Positions 1 through 9,750 of a DNA stretch of 64,000 bases are shown piece after piece. Source of the stretch: Trueperaceae bacterium (GTDB lineage: Bacteria; Deinococcota; Deinococci; Deinococcales; Trueperaceae); assembly GCA_965215565.1 (NCBI GenBank), contig CBDCDZ010000004.1, positions 928,001-992,000 on the forward strand. Direction: 5' to 3'. The number at the start of each line of letters is the position of its first letter. The first letter of the stretch is position 1. Made by a program: the position numbers and the translations under genes. Below the pieces are notes generated by a model. The model saw nothing but the letters and a program-made list of their open reading frames with translations, searched no databases and was not told the DNA's origin.

Positions 1-184
1 TCCCTTCGCCCGAAGAGGGGGGCGTGGCGCGGTGGATCGAGGACAACCTCCTATGAAACAGCGCGAAACGGCAGATGGTACTAGCGTGTAACCCCGGTGA
101 GTACATCTGCCTCTATCTCGTCCTTTAATTCACTTGTTATTTTGAGACTCCGTGTGCTAAGGTGCGGTGCAAAAGGCACAGTTT

Positions 185-308
185 ATACGGTTTCCGGTTA
201 ATTCTCAAAAGAATTAACCCGAGCAGAGCGAGTAGAAAAAAATACGGATTCCGCTGAGAACGGAAGAAACTCGAAAGAGTTTATGCAGTGTTCAGCCGGA
301 ATCCGTAT
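185..308. repeat. Dispersed intergenic repeat family 2 (ATACGG(A/T)TTCCG...CGGAATCCGTAT), copy 1
   Basis: Terminal inverted repeat, internal hairpin GGTTAATTCT-CAAA-AGAATTAACC and GAGCGAGTAGAAA core shared with 28715-28895; same ends at 47195-47303. Confidence 0.8.
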
Positions 309-354
309 GAGACGGCGAAATCAGAGCGGCTTTGAGTGGCGAAGGGGGTATGAG

Positions 355-642
355 ATGGACGCGCAGCCAGTGCTTAGAGAAGACGGACTCGTGACGGTGA
401 CCAAAGCGAAGCGTGCCCTTCTCACCCTGAGCGAATTTCTCCCTTCGTACCGCGACCTCTGCGGTAACGCGCCCTACTACTACGCAGTCAGTGAGGTGGA
501 GCGGCTAGAGGGTGAAATTGTGCGGGTCTCGAGTTCCGCCGAGGACCTCTTCCACTTGACCCAGAGCATCGTCTCGCAAACGCACGGCTTAGCCCAGGCG
601 ATCCGCGCCGCCAAAGGGCGCGGGGTAGAGCCGGACGCCTGA
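355..642 (+). CDS. Hypothetical protein (~95 aa)
   Basis: ORF 283-642; ATG at 355 follows GAAGGGGG and avoids overlap with the repeat; hairpin terminator follows. Confidence 0.5.
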   Translation: MDAQPVLREDGLVTVTKAKRALLTLSEFLPSYRDLCGNAPYYYAVSEVERLEGEIVRVSSSAEDLFHLTQSIVSQTHGLAQAIRAAKGRGVEPDA

Positions 643-657
643 TATCAGCTAAACGTG

Positions 658-690
658 GAGGCTGAGTACGTTTGTACTCAGCCTCTTTTT
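658..690 (+). terminator. Intrinsic terminator
   Basis: GAGGCTGAGTAC-GTTT-GTACTCAGCCTC followed by TTTTT. Confidence 0.75.
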
Positions 691-727
691 GGTCCTCGAG
701 CAGACTCCGATAAATTTTCCTAAGCTA

Positions 728-977
728 GAGCAGTTCCACGACACACTGAGACAGTTGAACGCAGGTCTCTGTCCGCAAGGACTAGCGTTACGGGCAGGCC
801 GCCCTGCCGTTGCGGGATTTCACCCCTTAAAGTGCGTGCTAATTACGAAGTTTTCCGCAGGAAACAGCGTTTCACAAAGTGAGAGTGTTGCTTCGCTTAC
901 GAAGTTTCCCTTTCGCGTTCGCGAAAACGGTGTAACCGGGGAAAACTTCGTACACTCTGACCAGATGATACCTGCTA
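728..977 (+). repeat. Dispersed repeat family 1 (TAGCAG...CTGCTA, 111-bp core), long copy with several hairpin inserts
   Basis: AGCAGTTCCAC..ACTGAGAC..GTGCGTGCTAA..AGTGAGAGTGT..CCAGATGATACCTGCTA; abuts the stop codon of the iron-binding protein gene. Confidence 0.85.
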
Positions 978-1970
978 CTAGAGCGCTCCGACCTCTTGCA
1001 GGAGTTGCAGCGTGCCCTCCAAGTCGTCCAGATTCGAGAGGTTGATGTCGGGTGTTTCCAGCTCGCTTAGCGGCGTAAGGAGCGGGTTCGTTTCGATGCC
1101 GGGGGTGAGCGGATATTCAAAGACTTCGTCGGCGAAGTGCTGCTGCGCGTTTTCAGACAGTAGGTACGCGACGAACTGCTGCGCCAACTCAGGCTGGTCA
1201 CTGGACGCTAAGATTCCTGCGCCCGCCACGTTGACTAAAGAGCCGATGTCGGCGTCCTCTGGGTAGAGGTTGCGCACCGGAAAGTCGTCGCCTTGCTCGT
1301 CCAAAAAGCGGAAGAGGTAGTAGTGGTTGACTAGGCCAAAGTCGATCTCGCCGCGCCCCGCCGCTTCGATCTGTGAGCTGTTGTTAGGATAGACCTGGAC
1401 GCCATTCGCTATCATTCCTTCCAACCACTCGCGGGTACGCTCTTCACCCTCGACTACGCGCATCGCCGTCACGAACGCTTGAAAGGAACCGTTCGTGGGA
1501 GCCCAGCCGACGCGCCCCTGAAAGCGCGCGCCGGTAAGGTCGAAGACGCTCTCGGGCAGTTCGTCATCGCTGACGTTCTCCGTGTTGTAAGCGATAACCC
1601 GCGCGCGCCCCGTCACGCCTATCCAAGCGCCCTCTTGACTGCGGAAGCGCGCGTCTACCTGCTCTAAAACTTCGCTCGGCAATTCGGTGAAGCGCCCTCC
1701 ATCTTGCAACGCGCCTAGCGCCCCTGCGTCCTGCGCCAAAAAGACATCGGCGGGGCTATTCTCGCCCTCCTCCAAAATCGTCGCGGCGAGTTCGGCGGTG
1801 TCGCCGTAGCGCACCTCCACGTCGACGCCTGTTTCCGCCTCGAAGTCTTCGACGACGGGTTCGACAAACGCTTCGTTGCGCCCCGAATAAACGGTCAAGG
1901 TTTGCGCGAAGGTATGTCCCAGCAAGCTCAATGTTAAGATAAACGCCGTGGCGTTCCGTAGATTACGCAT
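978..1970 (-). CDS. Fe(III) ABC transporter substrate-binding protein (FutA/AfuA/SfuA family)
   Basis: Signal peptide; LTVYSGR, EEGENSPADVF, GRARVIAYN, GLVNHYY and FEYP motifs; start placed at MRNLRN. Confidence 0.9.
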   Translation of the reverse strand: MRNLRNATAFILTLSLLGHTFAQTLTVYSGRNEAFVEPVVEDFEAETGVDVEVRYGDTAELAATILEEGENSPADVFLAQDAGALGALQDGGRFTELPSEVLEQVDARFRSQEGAWIGVTGRARVIAYNTENVSDDELPESVFDLTGARFQGRVGWAPTNGSFQAFVTAMRVVEGEERTREWLEGMIANGVQVYPNNSSQIEAAGRGEIDFGLVNHYYLFRFLDEQGDDFPVRNLYPEDADIGSLVNVAGAGILASSDQPELAQQFVAYLLSENAQQHFADEVFEYPLTPGIETNPLLTPLSELETPDINLSNLDDLEGTLQLLQEVGAL

Positions 1971-1996
1971 TTCATCACCCAACTCTTCACAGATTT

Positions 1997-2084
1997 AATC
2001 CCAAGCAACTTAGTCGGGATTAGTGAAAGCATCTTATAAAGGTGCGCGCGGGCTTGTCAATACCTGAGCGTTTGAGTCGGGATT
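1997..2084 (-). promoter_or_regulatory. Sigma-70 promoter of the iron-binding protein gene flanked by two related 25-bp boxes
   Basis: Minus-strand TTGACA (2055-2060) and TAAGAT (2031-2036); boxes AATCCCAAGCAACTTAGTCGGGATT (1997-2021) and ATACCTGAGCGTTTGAGTCGGGATT (2060-2084). Confidence 0.6.
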
Positions 2085-2095
2085 GATACGAGGTT

Positions 2096-2126
2096 GCACG
2101 GCTTAGTTTTGCAAACTAAGCCGTGC
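2096..2126. repeat. Perfect 14-bp-stem palindrome (REP-like)
   Basis: GCACGGCTTAGTTT-TGC-AAACTAAGCCGTGC, no U-tract. Confidence 0.6.
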
Positions 2127-2556
2127 CTGTCACGGATGGGACGTAAACTCGGCCCAAGCCCGCTCTCAGGCAAAGCCTAGCGGGATCGCTAAAGCTGAGT
2201 CGCTGAAAAGCTCTAACGCCCTCAGTTGGGGTAAGTAAACTGTGCAATTCCGTATAACCTCGAGCCAAAGCCACCGGAGAATTTGAGGGGCTAGAAGAGG
2301 TTCAGTGAATAGTCAGCGGTTCCGTAGGGTGAAGCAGAGAGTCGCAGGTAACGCACTCCAACTAGCATTCCGTGATATATCGAAGCAGAATGCCATAGAT
2401 TTCAACTCGCGACGCCACTCCACGCCTTGCGAGATGCAGTGCGAGCATTTCTGACCCGTTCCGAATACCAGTGAGACCGACCTTAATACCTGTCAAACGT
2501 ACCTAATGGTCTGTATAGATTGATAATGTTCGTGACCGAAGGACATCTACTGTAAA

Positions 2557-2571
2557 TCGGAATCATTCCGA
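2557..2571. promoter_or_regulatory. 7-1-7 inverted repeat upstream of dps (Fur/PerR-family-like box)
   Basis: TCGGAAT-C-ATTCCGA, ~70 bp before the dps ATG. Confidence 0.55.
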
Positions 2572-2642
2572 ATTTGTAGCCTGTGCACTATTAAAAATCT
2601 GACACTTTGTTAGGATAAACATTGTTGAAAGGAAGGTAACAA

Positions 2643-3167
2643 ATGGCAGTTAAAACCGGACAGACCACCATGTTCAACACCCGCATCGACATCGATCAAG
2701 ACAAGCGCGAAGAGCTTGTTAGCTTAATCAACCAGCAGCTTGCCGACACCATCGACCTCTTCACCCAGACCAAGCAAGCGCACTGGAACGTCAAAGGGCT
2801 TGACTTCTTCCAAGTGCACGAACTCTTAGACGACCTTGCCAAAACCGTGCGTAAGCAGAGCGATACAATTGCCGAACGCGCCACCGCACTAGGCGGCGTC
2901 GCACTAGGCACGGCGCGGATGTCAGCAGAAAGCTCCACGCTCAGCGAGTACCCCGTTGACACGTTCGACGTGCCTGCTGTTCTAAATGCAGTAGCTGAGC
3001 GTTACGCCGCATACGCCGCTTCGACCCGCGCGGCCATCAAGTGCAGCGAAGAGTTGGACGAGCCGACCACAGCGGACATGTTCACGGAAGTCTCGAGAGA
3101 AATCGACGAAGCCTTGTATTTCTTAGAGTCTCACTTGCAAGGCAGCCAACCCACCCTAAACCAGTAA
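2643..3167 (+). CDS. dps: DNA starvation/stationary phase protection protein Dps
   Basis: TKQAHWNVKG, HELLD, D.IAERATALGG motifs; RBS GGAAGG. Confidence 0.95.
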   Translation: MAVKTGQTTMFNTRIDIDQDKREELVSLINQQLADTIDLFTQTKQAHWNVKGLDFFQVHELLDDLAKTVRKQSDTIAERATALGGVALGTARMSAESSTLSEYPVDTFDVPAVLNAVAERYAAYAASTRAAIKCSEELDEPTTADMFTEVSREIDEALYFLESHLQGSQPTLNQ

Positions 3168-3182
3168 ATTAGTCAGAAATTT

Positions 3183-3217
3183 CAAGAGGTAGGCTGATAC
3201 CCTACCTCTTGTTTTTT
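3183..3217 (+). terminator. Intrinsic terminator of dps
   Basis: CAAGAGGTAGG...CCTACCTCTTG followed by TTTTTT. Confidence 0.85.
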
Positions 3218-3250
3218 ATTTTTTGTTAATCTTGACCCAATGAGTAGACA

Positions 3251-3646
3251 TTGACTTCAGCGCAGATGAGGTATACTTTTTCTGTGTTAAACGACAGCCC
3301 TCACCCCACCAACCAGATCGCTCTAGAGAACCGTACCCGCTACACCCTGCTCACCAACCGCAGGCGCACGCTCTTTGAAATTTACAAGCTCACCGAGCGC
3401 ATCGTGCAGCATCCCAACTGGGAAGAAGTTTCAGCGCAGTACTTCGAGTTAGAACTCCTCATCAGCGCTCAACTCGACTGCGCGGAAGGTATGTGTGGTG
3501 GTGTTTGTCACGCGAAGAACGATGTGTTGGAGAGGCGCGTTTGCGAAGCGTATAGGCAACTCAGCATGTTAGCGAAGGTGTGGGTAGCATTGGAAGATAG
3601 TAGAGATATGGGGGAAGTTCTGCGAGGACTCGAGACTGCCGACTAG
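3251..3646 (+). CDS. Hypothetical helical protein (start uncertain, possibly the GTG near 3284)
   Basis: 131-aa ORF, TATACT -10 near its 5' end, followed by hairpin TAGCGCAGCC...GGCTGCGCTA and T-tract. Confidence 0.5.
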   Translation: MTSAQMRYTFSVLNDSPHPTNQIALENRTRYTLLTNRRRTLFEIYKLTERIVQHPNWEEVSAQYFELELLISAQLDCAEGMCGGVCHAKNDVLERRVCEAYRQLSMLAKVWVALEDSRDMGEVLRGLETAD

Positions 3647-3874
3647 CCTACCTTAAAATGTTTATAAGGAATAGCGCAGCCATCTACGTGGCTGCGCTAC
3701 TTTTATTTGACAATTTTGCCACAGGAAAAATCAAGCTGTGTTGACACTGAACCTCGAGAAGACTAGCGCAAATGTCTACACAATGCAGATTCTACGTGTC
3801 TCATTTCAGCCTACCTGCTCCTTGCTTCCTACTTCTTGCTTCCTACTTCTTGCTTCTCACTTCACCAAGAAAAC

Positions 3875-4474
3875 TTAGAGCGCGTCCAAAAACTCCCTTT
3901 TAAGTTCGGTGTCCTCCTTGAACGCCCCACGCATCACGCTCACCCTGGTGCGTGCCCCTTGCTTCTGTACCCCGCGCATCATCATGCAGAGGTGACTCGC
4001 CTCAGACACGACGGCGATTCCTTCGGGCTCCAAAACCTCTTCGAGCGCGTCCGCGATTTGCGCCGTGAGCCGCTCTTGCACCTGCATCCGCCGCGCAAAC
4101 ATGTCGATGAGCCGCGCAAACTTGCTGAGCCCTAAGATGGTTCTGTTGGGAACGTAGGCGAGGTGAACCTGTCCGAAAAAGGGCAGCATGTGATGTTCGC
4201 AAAGTGAATAGAATTCAACCTCTTTAACGACAACCATCTCCGCGCCTTCCACTTTGAAAAGGGCACCGTTCACAACCGTATGAATATCGGTATCGTAGCC
4301 GCTCATGAGGTGCCGCAAGGAGCGTGCGACGCGCTTGGGGGTGCCGACGAGGCCTTCCCTCGAGACGTCCTCCCCCAACCCCGTAATAAGCTGCGTGATG
4401 AGCGAATTCAGGTTGGGTTCAGAAGCTAGCTCGAGAGCGTCAACGTCGGGCTTGGGAAGGGTGGGTTTGGTCAC
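3875..4474 (-). CDS. folE: GTP cyclohydrolase I
   Basis: [40 protein letters not shown]. Confidence 0.96.
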   Translation of the reverse strand: MTKPTLPKPDVDALELASEPNLNSLITQLITGLGEDVSREGLVGTPKRVARSLRHLMSGYDTDIHTVVNGALFKVEGAEMVVVKEVEFYSLCEHHMLPFFGQVHLAYVPNRTILGLSKFARLIDMFARRMQVQERLTAQIADALEEVLEPEGIAVVSEASHLCMMMRGVQKQGARTRVSVMRGAFKEDTELKREFLDAL

Positions 4475-4595
4475 TCGGTATCCTCACGTGAAGGGGACGA
4501 ACGGCGTCCTCAAAGGTCTAAGCCAGATTCTAACCGATTTTGCCGCGCCTTGAAGTTCTATCTCTTTATAGGACGCTCGAGCTACACTACCGAGC

Positions 4596-5780
4596 GTGAG
4601 ACTCGAGCAGCGAGACAGTTACCAACGAACCTTTTCAGGCGAAGTCACGCAGGTCATCCGCGAGGAAAACTGCGCGTGGGTTGTCCTCGACCGGTCCCTC
4701 TTTTACCCCACCTCGGGCGGACAACCTCACGACACGGGCACGCTGGGCGAAGGGCGTGTAGTCGACGTCGTGAAAGAGGGTGAAGAGGTCCGTCACCTCG
4801 TCCAAGGTCATTTCGAAGTCGGGCAGCGCGTTGACGGGGAGATCGATTGGAACCGCCGCTACCGCCACATGCAGCGCCACACGGGGCAGCACCTCTTGTC
4901 GCAAGCCTTTATTCGCGTTCATCCAACCTTTGAAACGAAATCGGTGAGTTTGACGAGTCCAGCCTGCACCCTTGACCTCGCGGGCGAGCCAGATGAGGTG
5001 GCGCAGTTGGAGGTTGAAACGCTCGTGAACGTGGTAGTCTATAAGAACCTCGAGGTTCACGCTTTCGAAGTGGACGAAGAAGAGGTCGAGGACTATCCCT
5101 TGCGCCGTCCTCCTAAAGTCCGAGGGCGCATCCGCATCGTGAAGATGGGCGACTGGGAGGTTTCCGCCTGCGGCGGCACGCACCTGCGCCGAACAGCGGA
5201 GGCGGGGCCGGTCAAGCTCCTCAGGTCCGAGCGGATTAAAGGTGGCTTGACGAGAGTCTACTTCGTGTGCGGCTTCGAAGCGTTGGAGGATTACGCCTCT
5301 AAACACACCGTAAGCCGCGACTTAGCGCTCACCTTTAGCACGCAAGTCGAAGCGGTTCCGGGGCGCGTCGCTGCGCTACAAGATGACCTCACAGCGGCGA
5401 AGCGAGAGGTGAACGCTTTACAAACCAAGTTCGCTGGAGCGCTGAGCGAAAGGCTTCTTGCCAATGCTCGAAGAGGTCAACGCGGGCGCATAGTCGAGTA
5501 TCAACTTCCTTCAGATGAAAACGCGCTGCTTAAACCTCTTGCAACGTTGCTCACCGAGCAAGAAGATGTCGTTGCGCTACTTGGCGCGGCGCAAAACGGA
5601 CGGGCGCAGCTCCTCTTCGCGAGAGGTAGCGCGCTCACGCTCGATATGGCGGACCTCATCCGGGAGGTTCTGCCCGTCGTGAATGGGCGTGGCGGCGGCA
5701 AACCCAAGTTCGCGCAGGGGAGCGGGAGCGAGCCCGAGAGGTTGGAAGAGGCGCTCGAGCACGCCGCCAACCTCCTTTAA
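4596..5780 (+). CDS. Alanyl-tRNA editing protein (AlaX-L type, DHHA1 C-terminus)
   Basis: FYPTSGGQPHD, HxxxH (HTGQH), CGGTH, GRGGG...AQG. Confidence 0.9.
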   Translation: MRLEQRDSYQRTFSGEVTQVIREENCAWVVLDRSLFYPTSGGQPHDTGTLGEGRVVDVVKEGEEVRHLVQGHFEVGQRVDGEIDWNRRYRHMQRHTGQHLLSQAFIRVHPTFETKSVSLTSPACTLDLAGEPDEVAQLEVETLVNVVVYKNLEVHAFEVDEEEVEDYPLRRPPKVRGRIRIVKMGDWEVSACGGTHLRRTAEAGPVKLLRSERIKGGLTRVYFVCGFEALEDYASKHTVSRDLALTFSTQVEAVPGRVAALQDDLTAAKREVNALQTKFAGALSERLLANARRGQRGRIVEYQLPSDENALLKPLATLLTEQEDVVALLGAAQNGRAQLLFARGSALTLDMADLIREVLPVVNGRGGGKPKFAQGSGSEPERLEEALEHAANLL

Positions 5781-6205
5781 GCTTCCGCTCCGCCTGCTCC
5801 GCTCGGAAAGTCGGTCATCGCGGTCTGCTTCACTACTTTTTCGGCGATGTAGAGCGGCGCGTCCACGCGCACCGCGAGCGCGAGCGCGTCCGAGGGGCGC
5901 GCGTCGATGTCGAACTCCACCCCGCGATTTTCGACGACGAGCCGCGCGTAAAAGGTACCTTCTGAAATATCGGTGACTTCGATGCGCACGACTTTGGCGT
6001 CCAACATCTCGAGCATCGACAACATCAAGTCATGTGACATCGGACGTGGAAACTCCCCGCCGCGACCCGCGACAATCGACATCGCCTCTAATGCGCCGAT
6101 CCAGATCGGCACGATGCTTCCCTCTTCGTCTTTGGCTTTTAAGAGCACGATAAATTGGCTGCCGTCACCGGCGACGGCTACATCCTCGAGAACAGCTTCG
6201 ATCAT
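5777..6205 (-). CDS. Bifunctional nuclease family protein (DUF151)
   Basis: PIWIG, RPMSHDL, GTFYA, DARPSDALALA. Confidence 0.9.
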   Translation of the reverse strand: MIEAVLEDVAVAGDGSQFIVLLKAKDEEGSIVPIWIGALEAMSIVAGRGGEFPRPMSHDLMLSMLEMLDAKVVRIEVTDISEGTFYARLVVENRGVEFDIDARPSDALALAVRVDAPLYIAEKVVKQTAMTDFPSGAGGAEA

Positions 6206-6270
6206 AATGATAGTCTAACGCGCTTGAGCGCTTAGAAGAGTCAAATCAGCAAATACTTGTTTCTGTATGT

Positions 6271-6615
6271 TTATAAATCCAAAACGGCGCGTAAAGCCTC
6301 CTTAATAGAGATTAATTCTTCTTCGCTAAGCCGACCCATGCGTGGCTCGACAAAGCGAGCTTCGGCAACGACGCGAATCTGTGTCACCTTAGCCCAGCTC
6401 TCCCTATTATTTCCACCTGTCCCAGCAGGCAAATAAACCGTTAGTGGAAAACTCGCCTTGGGCTCTCGCGTCGTGAGCGGCACAACGATAGCCGTGCCTG
6501 CATTCCGCAACGTCTCGCGGTGAACGACAACACAAGGTCTGGCTTCGCCTTGCTGCTCGCGCCCCTCTACCGGATTTAACCTGACGCGGTACACGTCGCC
6601 CCTATGGAAAGTCAC
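6271..6615 (-). CDS. Type II toxin, PemK/MazF family mRNA interferase
   Basis: RGDVY..L.PV.G.EQ...RPCVVV, VVPLTT, QIR.V motifs. Confidence 0.92.
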   Translation of the reverse strand: MTFHRGDVYRVRLNPVEGREQQGEARPCVVVHRETLRNAGTAIVVPLTTREPKASFPLTVYLPAGTGGNNRESWAKVTQIRVVAEARFVEPRMGRLSEEELISIKEALRAVLDL

Positions 6616-6872
6616 TCACGTACCAGCTTGGAGAAATCGTCCATCCCTTCCTCAGCTTCAGCAATCTCGGCGTCTCGGTTTAACTTGGCGACCTCTCTTT
6701 CGATGAGCGCGTCCATTTGGGCACGTAAAAGTCTGTCCGTAGCATTCTCGAAAGCGGCGGAACGGCTCTCGAAAAGTCCGTCTTTGACGAGGCGGTCAAC
6801 TTGAGCAACCATAGCTTCGGGAATCGTAACGCTTACTTTGGTACGTCGCTGTAAAGTTTTCATACTATACAT
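6612..6872 (-). CDS. Ribbon-helix-helix antitoxin (CopG-like)
   Basis: KVSVTIPE...VDRLV.....SRSA; 4-bp overlap with the toxin gene. Confidence 0.85.
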   Translation of the reverse strand: MYSMKTLQRRTKVSVTIPEAMVAQVDRLVKDGLFESRSAAFENATDRLLRAQMDALIEREVAKLNRDAEIAEAEEGMDDFSKLVRE

Positions 6873-6956
6873 CTTACTAAATAAGCGATGATTTGTCAGC
6901 TATTTTTGTTAAGTCGCTTTAGCTCAGACAACCGTCAACCCTGCTAAACTACCCTC

Positions 6957-8381
6957 ATGTTCGAACCCGTCATCGGCTTAGAGATTCACCTCGCTTTGAG
7001 CACCAAAAGCAAGCTCTTCTGCGGCTGCGCCAACGATTCGGTCAACGCAGAGCCCAATACCCATACCTGCCCGGTCTGTTTGGGGCTACCCGGCAGCCTG
7101 CCGACGATCAACCGCGAAGCCGTCGAAAAGTCCATCATGTTCTCGCTCGCGCTCTCGTGTGAGGTGCCAGAAAACACGCAGTTTCACCGCAAGAATTACT
7201 ACTACCCCGACGCGCCTAAAAACTATCAGATCAGCCAGTACGACCGGCCGATCGGCTCACGCGGTCATGTGGACCTCCCCAGCGGCCGGCGCATCGGCGT
7301 CACGCGCTGTCACCTGGAGGAGGACGCGGGCAAGTCGGTCCACCCGGCGTACGCGGACTACAGCCTCGTGGACTTAAACCGAGCCGGGACACCCCTTATC
7401 GAGATGGTCACCGAGCCGGATTTGCGCGACCCGGAGGAGGCGCGGGACTTTCTAAACCACGTTCGCGCCGTCGCGCAGGCGCTAGGCGTCTCGGACGCCA
7501 ACCCCGAAGAGGGCAAGATGCGAGCCGACGTGAACGTCTCGGTGCGCCGTGCGGGTGAGGGGTTCGGCACCAAAGTCGAGGTCAAGAACCTCAACTCGTT
7601 TCGGAGTGTGCAGCGCTCTTTAGAGTTTGAAATCGCGCGGCAGAGCAGGCTTTTGGAGGACGGCGAGCGCGTGGTGCAGTCCACGAGAGGTTGGAACGAG
7701 GGCGGACAGAAAACGTACCTCATGCGCACCAAAGAGGGGGAGGCGGACTACCGCTACTTCCCCGAGCCCGACTTGCCGCCTATGTTCATCTCACAAGCTT
7801 GGCTGGGAGAGGTGCGCGGCAAAACACCCGAGTTGCCTGCAGCAAAGTTAGCGCGCTACCTCTCGCTGGGCGTGCGGGAGTACGACTCGAGGCTCATCGC
7901 TTTCGACGTGGCAGCGGCGCGGTTTTTCGACGCTTCCATAAAGCATTACGGCGGCGCACCGCAGACGCTCGCGAATTGGCTTAACGGCGATGTAGCGGGC
8001 TGGCTCAACGCGCAGGGCGTGAGCATCGGCGCTTCGGGTCTGACGCCTGAGCACCTCGTCTCGCTCGTTAAACTGATCGACGCGGGCACGGTTTCTGGCA
8101 AGACCGCCAAAGACATCTTGAGTGAAGTAATGGGGGGCGGCAACCCCGACGAGATCGTCGAGGCGAGAGGGCTGGAGCAGATGACCGACACGGGCGCAGT
8201 CGAGCAGATCGTAGACGAGGTCATCGCGGCAAATCCCAAGGTTGCCGAACAAGTCGCGGAGAATCCAAAGGCGATCAACGCGCTTTTGGGCAAGGTGATG
8301 AAGGAGACAAAAGGAAAAGCGAACCCGGAGACGGTGCGGAATCTGTTGAGCGAGAAGCTGGGGTTAGTAGAGCAAGCTTAA
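6957..8381 (+). CDS. gatB: Asp-tRNA(Asn)/Glu-tRNA(Gln) amidotransferase subunit B
   Basis: VIGLEIH, RKNYYYPD.PKNYQISQ, HLEEDAGK, EVKNLNS, DYRYFPEPD. Confidence 0.97.
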   Translation: MFEPVIGLEIHLALSTKSKLFCGCANDSVNAEPNTHTCPVCLGLPGSLPTINREAVEKSIMFSLALSCEVPENTQFHRKNYYYPDAPKNYQISQYDRPIGSRGHVDLPSGRRIGVTRCHLEEDAGKSVHPAYADYSLVDLNRAGTPLIEMVTEPDLRDPEEARDFLNHVRAVAQALGVSDANPEEGKMRADVNVSVRRAGEGFGTKVEVKNLNSFRSVQRSLEFEIARQSRLLEDGERVVQSTRGWNEGGQKTYLMRTKEGEADYRYFPEPDLPPMFISQAWLGEVRGKTPELPAAKLARYLSLGVREYDSRLIAFDVAAARFFDASIKHYGGAPQTLANWLNGDVAGWLNAQGVSIGASGLTPEHLVSLVKLIDAGTVSGKTAKDILSEVMGGGNPDEIVEARGLEQMTDTGAVEQIVDEVIAANPKVAEQVAENPKAINALLGKVMKETKGKANPETVRNLLSEKLGLVEQA

Positions 8382-8383
8382 CT

Positions 8384-8494
8384 TAGCAGGTATCATCTGG
8401 TTTGAGACGCTCTCACTTTAAACAGCACGCTCTAGCACGCACTTTACGAGATAATATCTGCGGCACTTTGTCTCAGTATGTTGTGGAACTGCTA
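8384..8494 (-). repeat. Dispersed repeat family 1, 111-bp core copy
   Basis: TAGCAGGTATCATCTGG...CAGTATGTTGTGGAACTGCTA fills almost the whole gatB/NYN intergenic gap. Confidence 0.9.
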
Positions 8495-8496
8495 AC

Positions 8497-9015
8497 TCAC
8501 ACAAAAATATCCGCCACCTCCGGCAGATTGTGAAACCTATCTGCCAAATCCAGCAAACTCTGGCTCGCCGCCTCTCGAAACGCCAAGATTTCGACGCGCT
8601 TACCGCGGCGCTGAGCAAGCTCCAACATCGGCGCGAAGTCGCCGTCGCCGCTCGCTAAGGCGATCACATCCAGATGGTCCCAGGCTTGCACCATGTCAGC
8701 GGCGATGCCCATATCCCAGTCGCCCTCCAAGACGGGTCTGCCGCCATTGTCCCGGTGCACGCGCACGGTGCGGCGGCGCACGCGGTAGCCGAGCGCGGAG
8801 AGCTTCGTCACAAAGCCGTACGCGGTGGCTTCGCCTTCGCGCTCGACGACATATGCGGTCGCTTGACCTACACGCCGCGCCCGCGCCGCCGTGCTGAGGA
8901 GCTTTTCGTAATCTACATGGGCACTGTAGTAATCACGGGCTGCGTAATAGAGATTCTGCGTATCTACGAAGAGACCGACGCGCTGCTCGGTCCATTCACC
9001 AAGGTAGCTGCTCAC
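8497..9015 (-). CDS. NYN domain protein (LabA/DUF88)
   Basis: LFVDTQNLY, GDWDMGIA.D, LASGDGDF. Confidence 0.9.
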   Translation of the reverse strand: MSSYLGEWTEQRVGLFVDTQNLYYAARDYYSAHVDYEKLLSTAARARRVGQATAYVVEREGEATAYGFVTKLSALGYRVRRRTVRVHRDNGGRPVLEGDWDMGIAADMVQAWDHLDVIALASGDGDFAPMLELAQRRGKRVEILAFREAASQSLLDLADRFHNLPEVADIFV

Positions 9016-9085
9016 TAAAATGACCTCTTGAAAACGGTATTCAACGTCGTTCTAACTTTAGCTTGACAAGATGGACAAGGCACCT

Positions 9086-9610
9086 TTACAAAAACTTCGC
9101 CATCAGTAAATTATCTTCGTAGTGCCCAGCCTCGAGAATCTGCGCGCGCTCACACCCCTCTTGCTCGAAGCCTTGCGAGCGGTAGAGCGCGAGCGCGGCA
9201 CTGTTATTCGCGCGCACGTTGAGCTGAATCTTTTGAACATCGTTTTGCGCCGCCCAGCGGTAGGCGTTCTCTAAAAGTTTTGTCGCCACGCCGCACTGCC
9301 GCCACGCTTCGGCGACGGCGAGCGTAAGCATGGCGACGTGCCGCAGGCGTTTGGGAGTCAGGCGGTGCAGCTCGAGCCACGCGCACACCTCTCCTTTGGG
9401 GGGTAAAGCCACGAGGTAGAGCGTCATCTCATCGCCGAAAGCTCGGAGACGGCGCTCTAAAGCTTGCGCCGAGGGCGGACCGTCGCCCACAAACCAGCGC
9501 CCTTCAGCGTAGATTTCGGCTTGCAAGCTTATAAGTGCGTTAGCGTCACTCGGTCTCGCGTGGCGCACAGTAGGACGGCTCGTAGAGCGCTGGCTTGTCG
9601 CAGTAGACAT
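9086..9610 (-). CDS. GNAT N-acetyltransferase
   Basis: V.EAWRQCGVA..L, N..A.ALY...GF. Confidence 0.88.
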   Translation of the reverse strand: MSTATSQRSTSRPTVRHARPSDANALISLQAEIYAEGRWFVGDGPPSAQALERRLRAFGDEMTLYLVALPPKGEVCAWLELHRLTPKRLRHVAMLTLAVAEAWRQCGVATKLLENAYRWAAQNDVQKIQLNVRANNSAALALYRSQGFEQEGCERAQILEAGHYEDNLLMAKFL

Positions 9611-9750
9611 AGGCTCAATTATAAGGTGTGCAAGACGAAGCGTGAGGGATTTCGGGAACGTTTGGAAAGGAGCGTCTCAGCCTTTCAGCCTTTCAGCCGG
9701 TCAGTTAATCAGGAAAACTCTGACGTGCTGATTCGCTAAAGTGCGCTTAG

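Noticed and set aside
689..1045. ORF-track proteins 689-1045, 8418-8618, 35441-35653, 47004-47195 and 60218-60583 that resemble each other (HTET..RRY, QMIPA)
   Set aside because: The similarity comes from translating repeat family 1; starts, stops and frames are not conserved.
2160..2235. c-di-GMP-I riboswitch-like GGCAAA motif
   Set aside because: The GNRA hairpin and GACGCAAA elements do not match well enough.
3810..3860. Short tandem repeats (CTTCCTACTTCTTG; also TCAGCCTT at ~9676-9700)
   Set aside because: Only 2-3 units of low-complexity intergenic sequence; no function supportable.
4635..5306. Many long antisense or alternate-frame ORFs nested in recognised genes (this one given as an example)
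   Set aside because: Expected from GC-rich codon usage; no motifs or ribosome-binding sites.
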